DNA of 64,000 bases from Bugula neritina (taxonomy: Eukaryota; Animalia; Bryozoa). Below the pieces are notes generated by a model. It saw only the letters and a list, made by a program, of their open reading frames with translations, had not been told where the DNA came from and ran no database searches. The DNA lies in NCBI GenBank assembly GCA_964035545.1, contig OZ037768.1, positions 5,984,741 to 6,048,740 on the forward strand, written 5' to 3'. Shown here piece by piece: positions 47,101 to 60,307 of this stretch. Position 1 is the stretch's first letter, and every line of letters begins with the position of its first letter. The translations under genes were made by a program, and so were the position numbers.

Positions 47101-50100
47101 TTACTCTTTTCTATTCCACTCCTGGTCACCTTGCTGTATGTGGTCGCTGGCTCCTTGATTTAAAGCTTCTGTAAAACATAAAAATTTTTTTGAAGTGCCA
47201 TAAAATTTGAGGACATTAGAACCAAAGAATTACTTTTTCAATGCACAATTCTTAAAGAGGAATTTAGTTTAAATGATTGTCAGCCTCACTAGTAAAAAAT
47301 TGTTCACACACATAGTTTTTAGTTTTTGTGTGAAACTGTTAAAATGATAATCCATGCTAGTCTATTGTAAAGATATACTCATCAGCAAGCTTATCAATAG
47401 TGTGAAAAACAGACACGGAATATATCAGGCTTTACATTGCGTACACCTCACCTTTAATTGTCATTGACTGAGTGAGTAGAGTGAGATCTTCAATATCTTC
47501 CTCAATCTCATCTGGTGGAGAGTGGCCCGTGCACCCGCCCCCTTCTTCAATGTGATTCATCAATCTAAGGAAATAAGCCATTTAAAAAGTTTTGCTGCGA
47601 CTAACGGAAATTAGTAGGAAATGTCATTTTCAAACAGTTATTAGGATCTCTAAAATGCAGCTCGTGATTACACAGCTTTACAACATTTACAATGAATACT
47701 CACTGGCAAGCTTAGTGTCCCCTGCTAGTTTCATTGCGTTTACTAGAAATAACCAAATTACTGAGTCAAACAAGTGTTCTACTTACTTTTGCCAGTTTTT
47801 ATCTCTCCGCAGAATAGATGGGTTGCCCACAATGATCAACAGTGCTTTTGCTCTGCTAATGGCCACATTGAACCTCTACAAAACCCAATCATTTGTTGCT
47901 GATATTTTATTTTTAACAGTGCTAAGACTAAAATGTGTTGTCAATATGTTTTTCAAATGATTCAAGAATGAGCTTAATTATGATTTATTTGCATTTTGAC
48001 TGAAATCAACAAATGCATGTTATTAAAAAAACATTAATATAATATATAAATAATTAAAGTGCACTTATATTAAAGCTATTAAATGTAATTCATATTTACA
48101 CATAAACGAATATAAAAATAGATGCACCATACCTTTGGATTACCAACGAATCCCAGGTTGAAGTCTTTATCATGTGTCAGGTAGAAATCCTGACTCCTCA
48201 CCGTGCTGATAATGATCACTTCTCTCTCATCTCCCTGGAACTTCTCCACAGAGCCGACCTTGATATTAGCGTAATTTCTTGTACGCCCTGGAGTACTTCT
48301 CTCTAGTGCTTGCAGTCCTCTCCCTATTTTATTCACTTGCTGATTGTAAGGGGAGATGATCCCAATATCTTCTGGTCTTACGCGTGGGCTCTTGCACTCC
48401 ATCAGCAGTCGCACGTACTCAATCACTTGCATCACTTCGTCAGGATTAAAGAAGGATGGAGATCTAGCTTCTCTCTCCTCCCTACCATTCACTCCGTGGA
48501 AGATCAGTGGAAAGCCTTTAGTAGGCAAACCCTACAATAGTAAGAAATTATTAAGTAAACTTTAGCATTTTTGAAGCAACTACTTCCAATTCAAGCAACT
48601 TGTGAAACGCTGACTTTTGTAGACCTACCTCCCAGTTACAGAAACGCTGTCGCTGTAACTCATCAGCACAAGCCTGCAGCTCGTTGTCATAGAAACAAGA
48701 GTTTGGTACTTCCAGGATGTCTGGATGTGACCTGAAACTTCTCACTAGTTTAGTCACGTAGTTCTGGTTGAAGTGTCCACTTCTATCGTCTCTCTGATAA
48801 ATGTCACATGACATCAGCCTCTCCAGTAGACTGATACCTAAGTGTTACAACAAATAGAAGACATCCTGCATTGTGTCTGATAAATACAAGCATTTGATGA
48901 ATATTGGCAAAAAGCTATGAACAGCCATTTAACTAAAAACAAAGAAAAAAATTCAACAAATAGCTAAGGTGATAGAAAGTAATGCAAGGTAATACAAGGT
49001 GTAATGTTGATGAAATCATGCTGGTACAACATGGTTTATTTTTCATGATATTTTCCACGCATTGGCTTTTAGCATATTATGTAGACAAATATCTAAGTTA
49101 AAGAAATTAATCTCAGAAAAGAGATGTTTACTATCGTATCACATTTTAAAGCATTATTTGCCATTATAAAAGAATAAGCAGCCAAACATGCTCCGCTGGT
49201 CATACCAGCAAAGTTTTGTACAACTTAAATTCTGCATCTTTTCAGCATTGGCCACAAAACAAAGGGGAAAGAATAGTCCTTGGTTTCCAATGGTTGGATG
49301 ATAATTTATATATCAAAGTGGAATGGCTCCCCAGTGACCCCAGTGCATGAGTTATTAGTATAAAACTATACTTCAGCTTCATAGGGTAGAATATTTAGAA
49401 CCAAACAAATGCAATATGTTGATATACTGTGCCAACCAACATACCGAGTGGAGTAGCCAAAGGAGATCTAACAACAGGACCAAGCTGTTTGGGGTCACCT
49501 GCAAGCACAATCTGCACGTTGCTATAAGCAGAAGAGATGAGCCCAGATAACGGTATGATAGTCTCAGGTTCAGTGGCATGTCCAGCCTCATCTATGAAGA
49601 TGTGTGTGAAGTGATTCACCATATCAGCTGACACTAGTCTAAAATAAGACCACCATAGGTGACAACTTTGATAAAAACAGTCATACTATAAGACTTTCAC
49701 TAATAAGCCATGTTGCTCAAATGCTGGTGCCATTTGTATGTGTCATCTTTTATTGCATGTAGTAGTACTATAGCTCATTTAATGCTGATTTAACTTTCAT
49801 ATGAACTAAATTTATGATTAAAACTGTATTTTGGATATTGAGCATTTTATTCTGAGAATGTTTCATTTTTTTGCAGATTTTTTTATAAGTGTTCAAAGTG
49901 GTTTATTTATGGTTATAGCAAAGAAGAAGTGCAATGTTTACATTAGCAAAATTTAACTGTGAGCAATGATCTATCACTAAATAGGATGTAACATAGTCAT
50001 TGTTGCATTCAATAATAACACAAGACAAAAATTCTTTACCTTTATAATAGTTATACTAAGCATTTTGCATTTCAAATCTTGCCGAACAAAAAATATTTGG

Positions 50101-53100
50101 CATGAACTCTTGATTAATAGTAAAAATGACATAATATTGTAAATTATCTATTTTAAATCATTTACACACAGCTGATAATACACAACTTCTTAATCAACTT
50201 GATTTATTGACATATGTGAGAATCTGCCAGCTTTTAAGTTAAATACTTCTCAAAGTCATAATTATAAGTTTTTGCTTAATTGTTTAAAAATTAATAAAAA
50301 TTATGTTTTTTAATATAAGACTTGGTAATTATGTACATAAACTTTCTGCATGTTTATGAACATATAATAGCTGAAATAAAAGTAAACATAAAATAGGCCT
50401 TAAAATTTTAGGAGTTATCTAACCTGCCGCTAGTCACAAGAGTAGAAACCAGAACCTTCCTCTGCTTCAAAAGATCACTCACTGGGAATTCCACCTGCAT
50501 ATTGGCAGAGCCAGATGTGCCTCCAAGCATCTGTCGGCCCACCACGCCGGGCCCTCCTTCAGATTTGCTACTATAATTAGAGATCTTCTGTATCTGAAAT
50601 TAATGTATCGACACTGTGTATAATTCTATGTGCGTGTTGTGTGTGTTGTGTGCGTGAGCGAGTGTGCATGCATATGTGTATGTAATTGAGTAACAATTGT
50701 GTTATTCAATACATAAAAGAAATGTTGAAAAACATTGAAAAGTTTTAAATTTTTTGATTTAGATATTTGAGGACCTCAAGCCTATCTAATTTATTTTTTA
50801 ATTCAACTAATTTAACCTTTGAACTTCGACAACTTACAAACTGCATGTATATAACTAGGAAATCAGCAACTGGTAGAATTACCTCAGCCAAGACATCTCC
50901 GTAAGATCTAGAAGGAGCATTTAGCCTGAGAATGTCTCTCTTGTCAACATGGTCCATAAGTCTCTTAGCAATGAGATCAGCAGCAGCATTTTGTGGAGCA
51001 CAAGCTAGAATTCTACAGTTGGGATACTGCGTGTATACCTGGAAATATGCATATAATGTATCAGAATTAATAAGTCCGTCTGTAAAGGTATGCATAAAAT
51101 ATTTCAACTGTTACATCATTCAATCTCTAAAGATTTAGTACACTTTGCCAACCTATTTGTTGTAGTGGCATATTGCTGTTTACGCATATAGTTATGGTCT
51201 ACTATCTTATGTGTATATGATCAAATACTAGAAGATGTAGAGATTTAGAATAACATCAAATAGCTATCAAATATTATAGCTATAAGCAGCCTAGAATGTG
51301 ATAAATCTAATATAACTTCATGAGCTCACTTTCACACCCCGGTGAGTAACAATCTATAACTCAGTGCTGTTATCTTTCATATCAAATCAGAATTTGTTAC
51401 CATATCTATCATAATGTCATTAAAGGAATTATATATAATGTAAAACATTTACATGAGCTAATAGTTTCCTTACAGTAAAAAAAGTGATTTTTGGTAATAC
51501 AATCTTTTAGCCTTGGAGTATTTACCTGCTTGATAGCCTCTACTAAGGTGAAGGTTTTGCCAGTTCCAGGTGGTCCATAGATTAGATAGGGAGAAGGCTG
51601 AGAGGTGCCAGCCACAATATGCCTCACAGCAGTGTTCTGTTCGTAGTTGCTTTCAACCTGACGATTGAAAAACCTGAGAAGAAAGAGGAGATAAAAACAT
51701 AAAAAAATCTTCTCAAACAGTAACCATATAAACAAAAGTAGCTTGCATATTTATATTTTAAAAGGCTTGGATTCAACTGAAAAAAGCACAAGCTAATAAA
51801 ATCATACTGCATTACAGTTCAAACTTTTGTTAACACTAGAAAGTTTCAATAGCACATAGAGCTCTATGAGCTGATAAAGTAAACAATCATGTTTTCACAA
51901 AGTTGAGCAGCTTTGGAATAAAATGCATCTTTTTATAGTATATACAAGACCTTAATACTAATATACGGATAGTTTACCTCATCGGTTTGATTGCAAGAGG
52001 TGCAGGGACAGACATAGCCGAGGGGAATATCAGATGCTGAATTCGGCTCATCATTTGAAGAGATACAGCTCTATGCTCATGTTTAATTGAAAATCTGTTG
52101 ATGGTAAACTCGACCTTGAACTTCATGTTGTTGACAAATCCTTTCATAAAGCTAAAAGTAACATCGACATTTTAGATAATAGCAGTTTCCCAGAATTCTT
52201 GAGGATACCAAAAGCAAATTTTTTGTCAACTAAATGTTTAACTCAAATGATTATTACTTCTACAACCTTGACTCATAAATTAAAAAGTCTAATTAGAATA
52301 ATTCCAATTTAAATATCATTTATTTAACTTCTATTGCACATAGATGGAAAGGAAGTAGGTTATCTTATGGGAGTATCATAATTTATTTCTCAGCAAAACT
52401 GATTAGCTGTAAACAACAAAGACTTTGACACTAGCAGGTTATCACCTGTGAGAGCAGTAAAGGCCTGATTTTACGCTCGTGAGAATCACACAACATTCGT
52501 GTGAAAATTGTCGTGAGTTATCCTCTCATTATAACCAGCCACACGCTCATTGGACGAAACACATAATAAACATTCCATGAATGAATCTTGCACGAGATAC
52601 AAGCAGCAGAAAATTGCCAGACACAGAAACGTTGTAGAAATGAAATAATCACTGTTGCTAAAATTCTATTGACCAATCAAATGGTGCTTATCTTTAATTG
52701 TGATTTTTCGTTCGTCTTCGGTGGGTGCACCCAGTGAACATGATTTCGTTTGAATTCCCTCAAATTTGATCATGCGTTTGTGTTTTCGTGTCAAATAGAC
52801 GATTTTGTGTGATTCTCACGAGTGTGTGGCCAGGCCTTAACAGCTGATTTTTGATAAGTACCAACGTTATGTCATAAAACCAGCAGTATTGATAATATAA
52901 TCAGCAGTATTGATAATATAACCAGTAGTATTGATAATATAATCAGCAGTATTGATAATATAATTATCAGTTAACCATTGGCAAGCAGATTATCAAATCA
53001 CTTTGCTATTAAGATATTTCCACTCAGCAACACTTCTTGAGTTGAGGGCTGATAATTCAAATACATTTAGTTTAAAATTCCCTATTGCAATTTTCCCTTC

Positions 53101-56100
53101 AAGGGACTTTTTAATTATTTCAGTCATGTGATTCGTTGTCATAATACTAACAGCATGCCTTACTAGCTATGTTTGTCAAACAATTAGCATCATTTATTGA
53201 TTATTACCTCTCATCAAGTCCTAACTTGATAGACGTGTTGTGCACTGAGTCCACTCGTCCTTCAAAACTCACACCTTCTTCTGGATTACGAGTCACAAGA
53301 ATTGAATCTCCAGTTAATACAGAAGGTCTGTTCTCAGCCAGCCCTGGTATCTGAAGTTTGCATGTATAGAATATAATTTATATACTGAATGTATTGGATA
53401 AGTTGACCAGAAGCAACTATTGACCAGTTTTTCGTCTCAGTCAAACTGTGGCCAGTTGGGAGTTATTTTTAGTTCGAACATCTCTTCCTTTTTTCAATGT
53501 TTCATATTTTGTGAAGGGAAAAGTTAGAAAACTTGGTTATTTAAAATGTTTAGGCTACATTCATACTACAGTACTACAGTTATCTGTTTCAACTAGTACT
53601 AAGTACATGCTCACATTACATCATGGCATAATAATATACCATCCTGCTCTGTTGGCAGTCGCAAGTAATTGGAATTATTCACCACAAATACTGGTAGAGC
53701 TGGGTGTACTTTATCTCCTACTAGCAATATATGATTTTATTAGTTAGTCATGCATATACATTGAGATCTACACATGACAGTGAACTGCATAAATAAAAAC
53801 CAATATACAATAACAAGTGTTGTGTAATAAAGGCAACAGTTGATGAGTGAGATATTTTCTTTATCTGAGCAATTATGTAAATGCAAGTTGAACAAGAAAC
53901 AAAGAAGTTGACCAAAATTTGAACTTTTTCTATTTTACTACATTGCTACTAGTTTTCATACTATTTGCAATACTTACATTGTCTATGACAACAAGATTAG
54001 ACTTGGCCTCTTTTCTCATCGGAACATCCTCCATGCTGTACTGTAAAATATCGTGCTGCATTTGGTGTTCCTCCACATGAAGCAAGATATCAAAATAATT
54101 GGAGTAGCCACTCGGCTGTAGGCGAGTCAAACCCAACTCATGTCTGAAAGCATCCGGAATATGAAGTCAAAAAAACCAGGCAAGCAAATATACTATTTCA
54201 CAGGTGCTTAGTGGCTTTTGAAATTGTTGAAAATTGGCGAGCTAAAGAAAATAACAACTTTGAAATCTAGGAGAAAATGTGCAAAGTGTGATATCAACAA
54301 CAAACTTCATATGAAGAAAGGCAAGCGGTAAATACCGACTTTTTGCAATACGCTTATTAGTGGCGAGTTTCAATACCCTAAAATAAACTGCTACAGTTTT
54401 ACAATTAATTTAATTTACATGCTAAAACATACTTACATGTATAAAAAACAATAAGAAACACGTCTTAAGAACGGTTCTATCATTTGAGAGATATATGAGC
54501 CGCACACTAAACTTTGCACAGAGCACAAGTTAAAACATCAAGATTAAGAATTTGAATAAACCTGAAGAGAAACTAACTTTTTCTGTAGCCATATTTCTTC
54601 TGCTTCAATTTCATCACTTGCATCCGCAACAGCTTGTATAGCTTCGAGTACGTAGCCAGGTATCTTGTACTCCTTCAACTTATGGATGATTTCAAGAGCA
54701 ATTTTCTTGCTGAAATGAAATGAATAAGACCCTTAAACCACAGGCCTCTGTATATATAAATATGTACAAAAAGTAGATGAAAATATTCATATCCTGACAA
54801 TAACATTTTCAGTGGTAAAATATCACTCCCTTTAGAGAACTACAAATGAAATCATCATAATATACAATGTGTGTTTACTGTTGCCCAGGCTCTCACTTGG
54901 CAGATGGTCTGTAGTTGCTGGGGATAACTCTGAAGTTAGACGCTTTTTTCTTTTCTGGCTTTTTATACGGAGCAATAGGCTGTATCTCATTAAAGACAGT
55001 GGGGTTAGCAACACATTTGAACAAGATCTCTCTCAGTATCTTGAACTCCTCAGTCCCATGCTTGAATATCAACAGAATGGGTATCTTCATCTGTCCAAAT
55101 GAAGTAGGTCTAATGATAACCTTTACTTCATAGCTACCTGAAAAAAAGAAGTAAAAGTAAGTTAATAAAACATAAAAGTTTAGATTAGAAGCAAAACAAA
55201 TTATCAAAATGTAAAGAGTCAGGCTTGATTCATAATGGGCCAAGCATTTGCTGACTTACATAAGTATTTGAACATCATTAACTCAAGTTACTTGTTTAAG
55301 GAATTAAATTAACTTAGTCATCTCATTTTGTGACTTTCTGATTTTAGTTAACTTTTTACATGTTTTGAAACTTAAGCAATATTGAATCTAAAATACTTTG
55401 AAATTTTGCAGTAAATGCTCTATAGTCTAGAATCTAGACCAGGGCTGTCCAACAGGCGGCCCCAGGGCTGGATGTGGCCCCCAACCTACATTTATGTGAC
55501 CCTCAAAGGCATAAAACTAAATTATTTTGCACACGTATATGAATTAGAGTAGAAAAACCATCTTTTAAATGTCTTATTTATATACACGCTACAAAACATG
55601 CAGCTTGCAGTAATTATTGGGACATCATTGTGTAATGATTCATAAAAATTTGGAATAAAGTAATTTGAAAATGACTGATGCTGTGGCCCCCAGCCCAAGC
55701 CAAATTTTACAATGTAGCCCTCGCTCCGAAAAGGTTTGACAGCCATGGTGTAAACTCTAGTCCTATATAAACAAATTAATAATGCAATAGTTTTGAATAA
55801 AAGTGATTTAACCGAGGCTTAATCATCCAACTAATGCTTTTTAAAATGATTCAATTGTTATTACAGTTATACGGAACTTTGTCTCATAGTAGTTGTGTAG
55901 ATCCTATTATGATATGTTTTGTAGAAATATATATGCATTCTATAAAGTGTAAATCAGAAGCTCCAATTTATTTTTATCTGATGAAAGTATGCAGACAAAC
56001 CAATCATCAAATTCTGTCAAATTATAAATACTTGAACTTTATTGAGTATTTGAAGTACGAGTAAACTCAAGTCATGGACTTGACTGGATTGGACTTGTTT

Positions 56101-58605
56101 AACTTGTCATAACTTGACATTATTTAGTTGATTATTGACTTGCCGTGCTATCACTTCAACTCAAAAATGTAAGTTTTACGTATAATTTTTCGCCATTGTT
56201 ATTGCTCTCCTATATTAGATTAACGCCCTCAATTTTTTAGCCCAAATGAATTAAGCAGATTTTAAATATTTTAGATTCTTAGAATAAAAATCATACAGTA
56301 TACTAAACAAAGTGTTATAGGTTCTCAGATAAAATTGTAACTAATGAGTAAATTGCTTAGTAAGGCCTATATCTTCAAATTTTCTCTGTTGAATTGTAGT
56401 CAAACACACGGAGTCATATTTATGTACATGTTTTTGGAGACTAATATGATAAAACAAAAGTTTACCTTGAGATTTGATATGATGCGCAGCTCCAGCCGAA
56501 ACATTCCTTGCATCAGAAAGCTTTACATTTTTAGCATTGTGAAAGAGGAAGTGAACGAACGACACAAACGTAACCCGAGGTCCATTATTTCTGATCTGGA
56601 GAGTTATGGAGTTGTCAACATTTTGACCGCCGTTAACAGAAAGCACAGCGCCTGGGTCACCATCTCCCTGAGTCTGGAATTTCACCTCCACGCGTCCCTT
56701 GTCTTGAATTAAATGGTGCCTGTATAATATACAATATTACATTACATAGGTCTACAAAATAACAGCTAAAAACTTGTTCCAGATGTTCAAATGTTTGTTT
56801 TATTTGCATGCAGCAGTAAATGCTTTTCAGTATATTCATTTTCAAGTATAATTATTTTACCATTTAGGTTAAACAAGAATCCCTTAACTCCCGTAACACT
56901 TATTTTTAAATTACCAATAGTCAAATGCATATGTTTGCTATAAATTTTTACTTTGTCCAGATATACAGCCAAGAAATATAATATTTAAGCAATTTTTTAA
57001 CCCTAATTGATTTGTTAGAATAATATATAAGATTAGCGAAGTTCAAGATAAGAAAGGTAGGTTTAAAAATTCTAGTATTCTTCTCTGTCACATGTTGACA
57101 CTAATTATTAGTCATGTGCAATACCTAAAATTGTTGAGATAAATTTGTTTAAGCATTCCACTCAGTCATACAGAAGTTAAATTTACAAAGCAAACAAAGC
57201 AATGTATAAGGGACTGAAGTACTATATAGCAAACTGATACACTCACACATAAGTAGCATATTAATAAGCATTTTGTGGTCATTTATCACATTGAAAACGT
57301 TCTAAATTCTGCATAAAGACTAAAAGGTAAGATATTAATAACTGGTGGGATTAGTTTGCCATCCTGGTGTACTAGTACACTATTCAACCAACCAATCATC
57401 TGTAAGCTCAACCTGGGGGTATAAACTACAACCAACCTGTTGGTTCTATAAACTTCTCTAAACATATTCATAGCATGTCTCTGGCCTGTCTGGTGCTGCT
57501 CAAAGCTGAACTCAGAATTGCATCGAACACAGCAAGTTTCGCAGTAGTATTTTTGCTCTCTATCTTGTCTCTTTCTGATCTCATTCGAGTTGGGATCTCG
57601 AGTGACTTTAATGCTTTTATCATTTCGAAAATGCCAAACAATCCCCTCAAAATTACTTGCTCGAAAATTGCATTCCAGTTTTGGGCAGACAAAGTTATTC
57701 TAAAAATAAGAAAAAGATCAATTTAAATTTAGAATGTAAACATTAGTAATCAAAAAATATTTCATAAACTTACTAAACTAGATTATATAAATTTACTATG
57801 ACTGTTGAAATGGAAATAGATGCGTTATAAGGCTTACACCGACTGACTGACACAGGTTGTTTAGCTGCTGGATGTGTGAGTCGGAGACAAGGTGGGTGCC
57901 AAGACCGTGCTGGGAGGGAAACCCTCTGTCACACACCTGGCACACATAGAACTCAGTGCGTGACTCGTGGCCAGGGTTTACTGTAAAGACCAAATGTTGA
58001 TCTGCCTCGAGACTTATAAAAAGTGGCTTCTTAATAATCTGTCCTTTAGCCATGTACACAAACTTCTTTTGCTTCAGGTAGCTTAGCATAGCGCCATATG
58101 CATATCTGCAGCAAACAAAAAGATAATATATTATAGTACATAATAAATTAATGTGAAAAACCAACATGTCTAAGCAGTGTTGTTAATAATTATTATCCAA
58201 TGCAAAAGCAATTTCAACACACATTCTATTCATTGAAGCTTAAATTTTAAAAATACACAACATCCTTGATTTAAAAAAGACATATGTTACAATTACAAAA
58301 CATAATCAACAATGTAATTATGCCTAACAAACATTTTATATTGGTTATATTAGTATTAGAAGCAGTACTCAAGAAGTAGAAGTAATAGAAATGGCTTAAT
58401 TGAAAACATAATATAGACATAAAAATATAAGAAACATGTCAACACTTGGATGAACCTACTTGTCTAGTTGCGGATTTCTTCTACAGAACTGTCGATACCG
58501 TGAAGCCAATTCTTTCATGTAATATCGTGAATATCCCCCTTCCTCATCTAATTGCTTGAGAAAGCAAATGGCTGCCAGTTGTAGATTTACGTCAGCTCGT
58601 GCCAT
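47101..58605 (-). CDS. MOV10: MOV10-like SF1 RNA helicase, copy B, with N-terminal zinc fingers; ~1110 aa
   Basis: 18 phase-consistent GT-AG exons: 58605-58460, 58105-57838, 57699-57437, 56719-56466, 55137-54897, 54709-54578, 54143-53978, 53350-53208, 52151-51978, 51673-51526, 51038-50883, 50593-50424, 49638-49445, 48837-48629, 48531-48133, 47875-47787, 47564-47452, 47168-47101 (3333 nt). Motifs: [85 protein letters not shown]. Confidence 0.93.
52461..52837. mobile_element. PIF/Harbinger (Tourist-like) MITE in a MOV10-B intron
   Basis: ~40-bp imperfect TIRs: AGGCCTGattttacgCTCGTGAGAATCACACAA on the left and TTGTGTGATTCTCACGAGtgtgtggcCAGGCCT on the right. TAA target-site duplication at 52458-52460 and 52838-52840. 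377 bp, no ORF. Confidence 0.85.
52881..52964. repeat. 21-bp minisatellite, 4 copies
   Basis: CAGCAGTATTGATAATATAAT repeated four times with minor variants. Confidence 0.92.
55440..55747. mobile_element. Non-autonomous hAT (Charlie-like) DNA transposon remnant in a MOV10-B intron
   Basis: TIRs CAGGGCTGTCCAAC and GTTTGACAGCCATG (12/14 complementary), subterminal (T/C)GGCCCC motifs, and degenerate 8-bp flanks ATCTAGAC / GTGTAAAC resembling the NTCTAGAN hAT target preference. Confidence 0.78.
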
Positions 58606-58786
58606 CGTAATTTGTTAATGTAACAGCTGCTTAAAGATGCAAGGTCTTTTATTTGATGGTGCGCTGAATAGATAAGAAAATGTTCGCCTGATGACTTGGC
58701 ACTTGATAAGCCAGCAACACAAATGCTTTACTTCTCTGATGGAACAAACTTATACGGGCAAATTTGCTGGAGTGGAAATTGCAAAT

Positions 58787-58796
58787 GGGAATTCCC
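58787..58796. promoter_or_regulatory. Palindromic NF-kB site upstream of MOV10-B
   Basis: GGGAATTCCC, ~180 bp upstream of the predicted ATG at 58605. GGAAATT half-sites lie nearby (~58774, ~58853). Confidence 0.55.
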
Positions 58797-60254
58797 CGGT
58801 CGTGTTTTACCGACGGGAGCTATTCTGTTGATTGTCACGCACCGTTAAACATGGAAATTATTCCACTGAATAATATTTCTATTAGACTATCCAAACAAAG
58901 CTACCAACCATAGTAGGCTCTTTCCACTAACAACATTCGCAACAAAAACCAAAGCAATCGATTTCCTAAGGTTGCGCCTTATCATGTGTCAGTACAGGTT
59001 AAATAAGAATTTAGATTCTAGAACAAAACTTACAAGCAAGCCTGTTGTTTAAGAACACATGTACTTGCAAGAAAGATTGGAAAACCTTGGGCTAAGGTGA
59101 CACCTTTTTCATTACATAGTTCGAAAGTCTTCGCAATGGCTAATACAGTTTTGTGTGACTATAGATTACTAAATAGATGTATGTGAAATATCCTGGTACC
59201 TACTCTCTATGCCCACCATTGCCCCTATATAGACCAACCAGGGATCTTGCACAACGCAGCATTTGGCTACAGTTGTTATCAACTTGTGCAACAAACACCT
59301 AGCATCTTGTGTCACAGGATGAACACATAGAAAAGAAGTCTTATCATCTAAGAAACCTAAAAAGTCTGCATTCAATCATAAAATCGAGAATACGTAGTTA
59401 TATCATAATAAACCTTCAACCATGCAAGTATACATACTAAAGCTCATAGTAGTATTATAGATATTGAAAGAAAAAGGAATTTAATGTCTTTGTTACTGGT
59501 AAAGAAACCATTTAAAATCTAAGCTTTCATGTTTCAAGCACAATTTGAGAACAACTAAGAAGAAGCAGATTAATTGTCCTTGGAACTAGAGCTAAGAATC
59601 TTACATATGACCTTCACCTTCAATGACAAGCAAGGAAATTAGCCTGTCTGCACAGCTAGTCAATGGTTACAAGTACATATGTATTTATAGCTGACTAAAG
59701 ATTTTGGTGTGGCAATCATATTCAAAAACTGAAGTGCTTTTCACCAGCATTGCGGCACTGATTGTATTAGCTGGAATAGAGAGATGTCTGTGAAAGATAG
59801 AGTAGAACTTTGACTACTACACTAACTTAGTAGTCCAAGTGATAAGCAGAATGTTAGTAAACTTACTCACCTTGAGTTCTTCAGACTGCAACAATTTGCC
59901 TATAACTACAGCTGTTGGCCCCAGCAACTAGTGAAGTCAACTAAATCAATAGCCTTGGAACAACACTGCTCACGTGAACTTTGCCTCCTACTTCCCTGTA
60001 TTTATCGACACACATGTGCCAACTTAATCATAACTAAATATCTGCTAGCTATACAATATATATATGGAATGAACTACCATTTGCGTAGTGTTAAGTCATT
60101 GAAGCGTGTCTAATGTGTTTTGTTGACACTGTGTAAAAATATGCCATGTGGTTATTCACTAGCTGTGGGAAATAATGAATACCAGAACTATTGACTGCAA
60201 CTGAGAGTTGGGCATAAGCATACAGTTTGGAACATAATGAGATGCTTGATAAAT

Positions 60255-60307
60255 AAAAACTTTATTGATCAAAGAGTATAAACACTTTATTGGTCAAAGA
60301 GTATAAA
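60255..60307. repeat. Short tandem duplication carrying two minus-strand AATAAA signals (likely MOV10-C polyadenylation region)
   Basis: ACTTTATTG(A/G)TCAAAGAGTATAAA occurs twice, ~330-370 bp downstream of the copy C stop codon. Confidence 0.6.

Noticed and set aside
57468-57726. ORF-track proteins on both strands over this interval
   Set aside because: The real exon (57699-57437) is in a different minus-strand frame that encodes the zinc fingers homologous to copy A.
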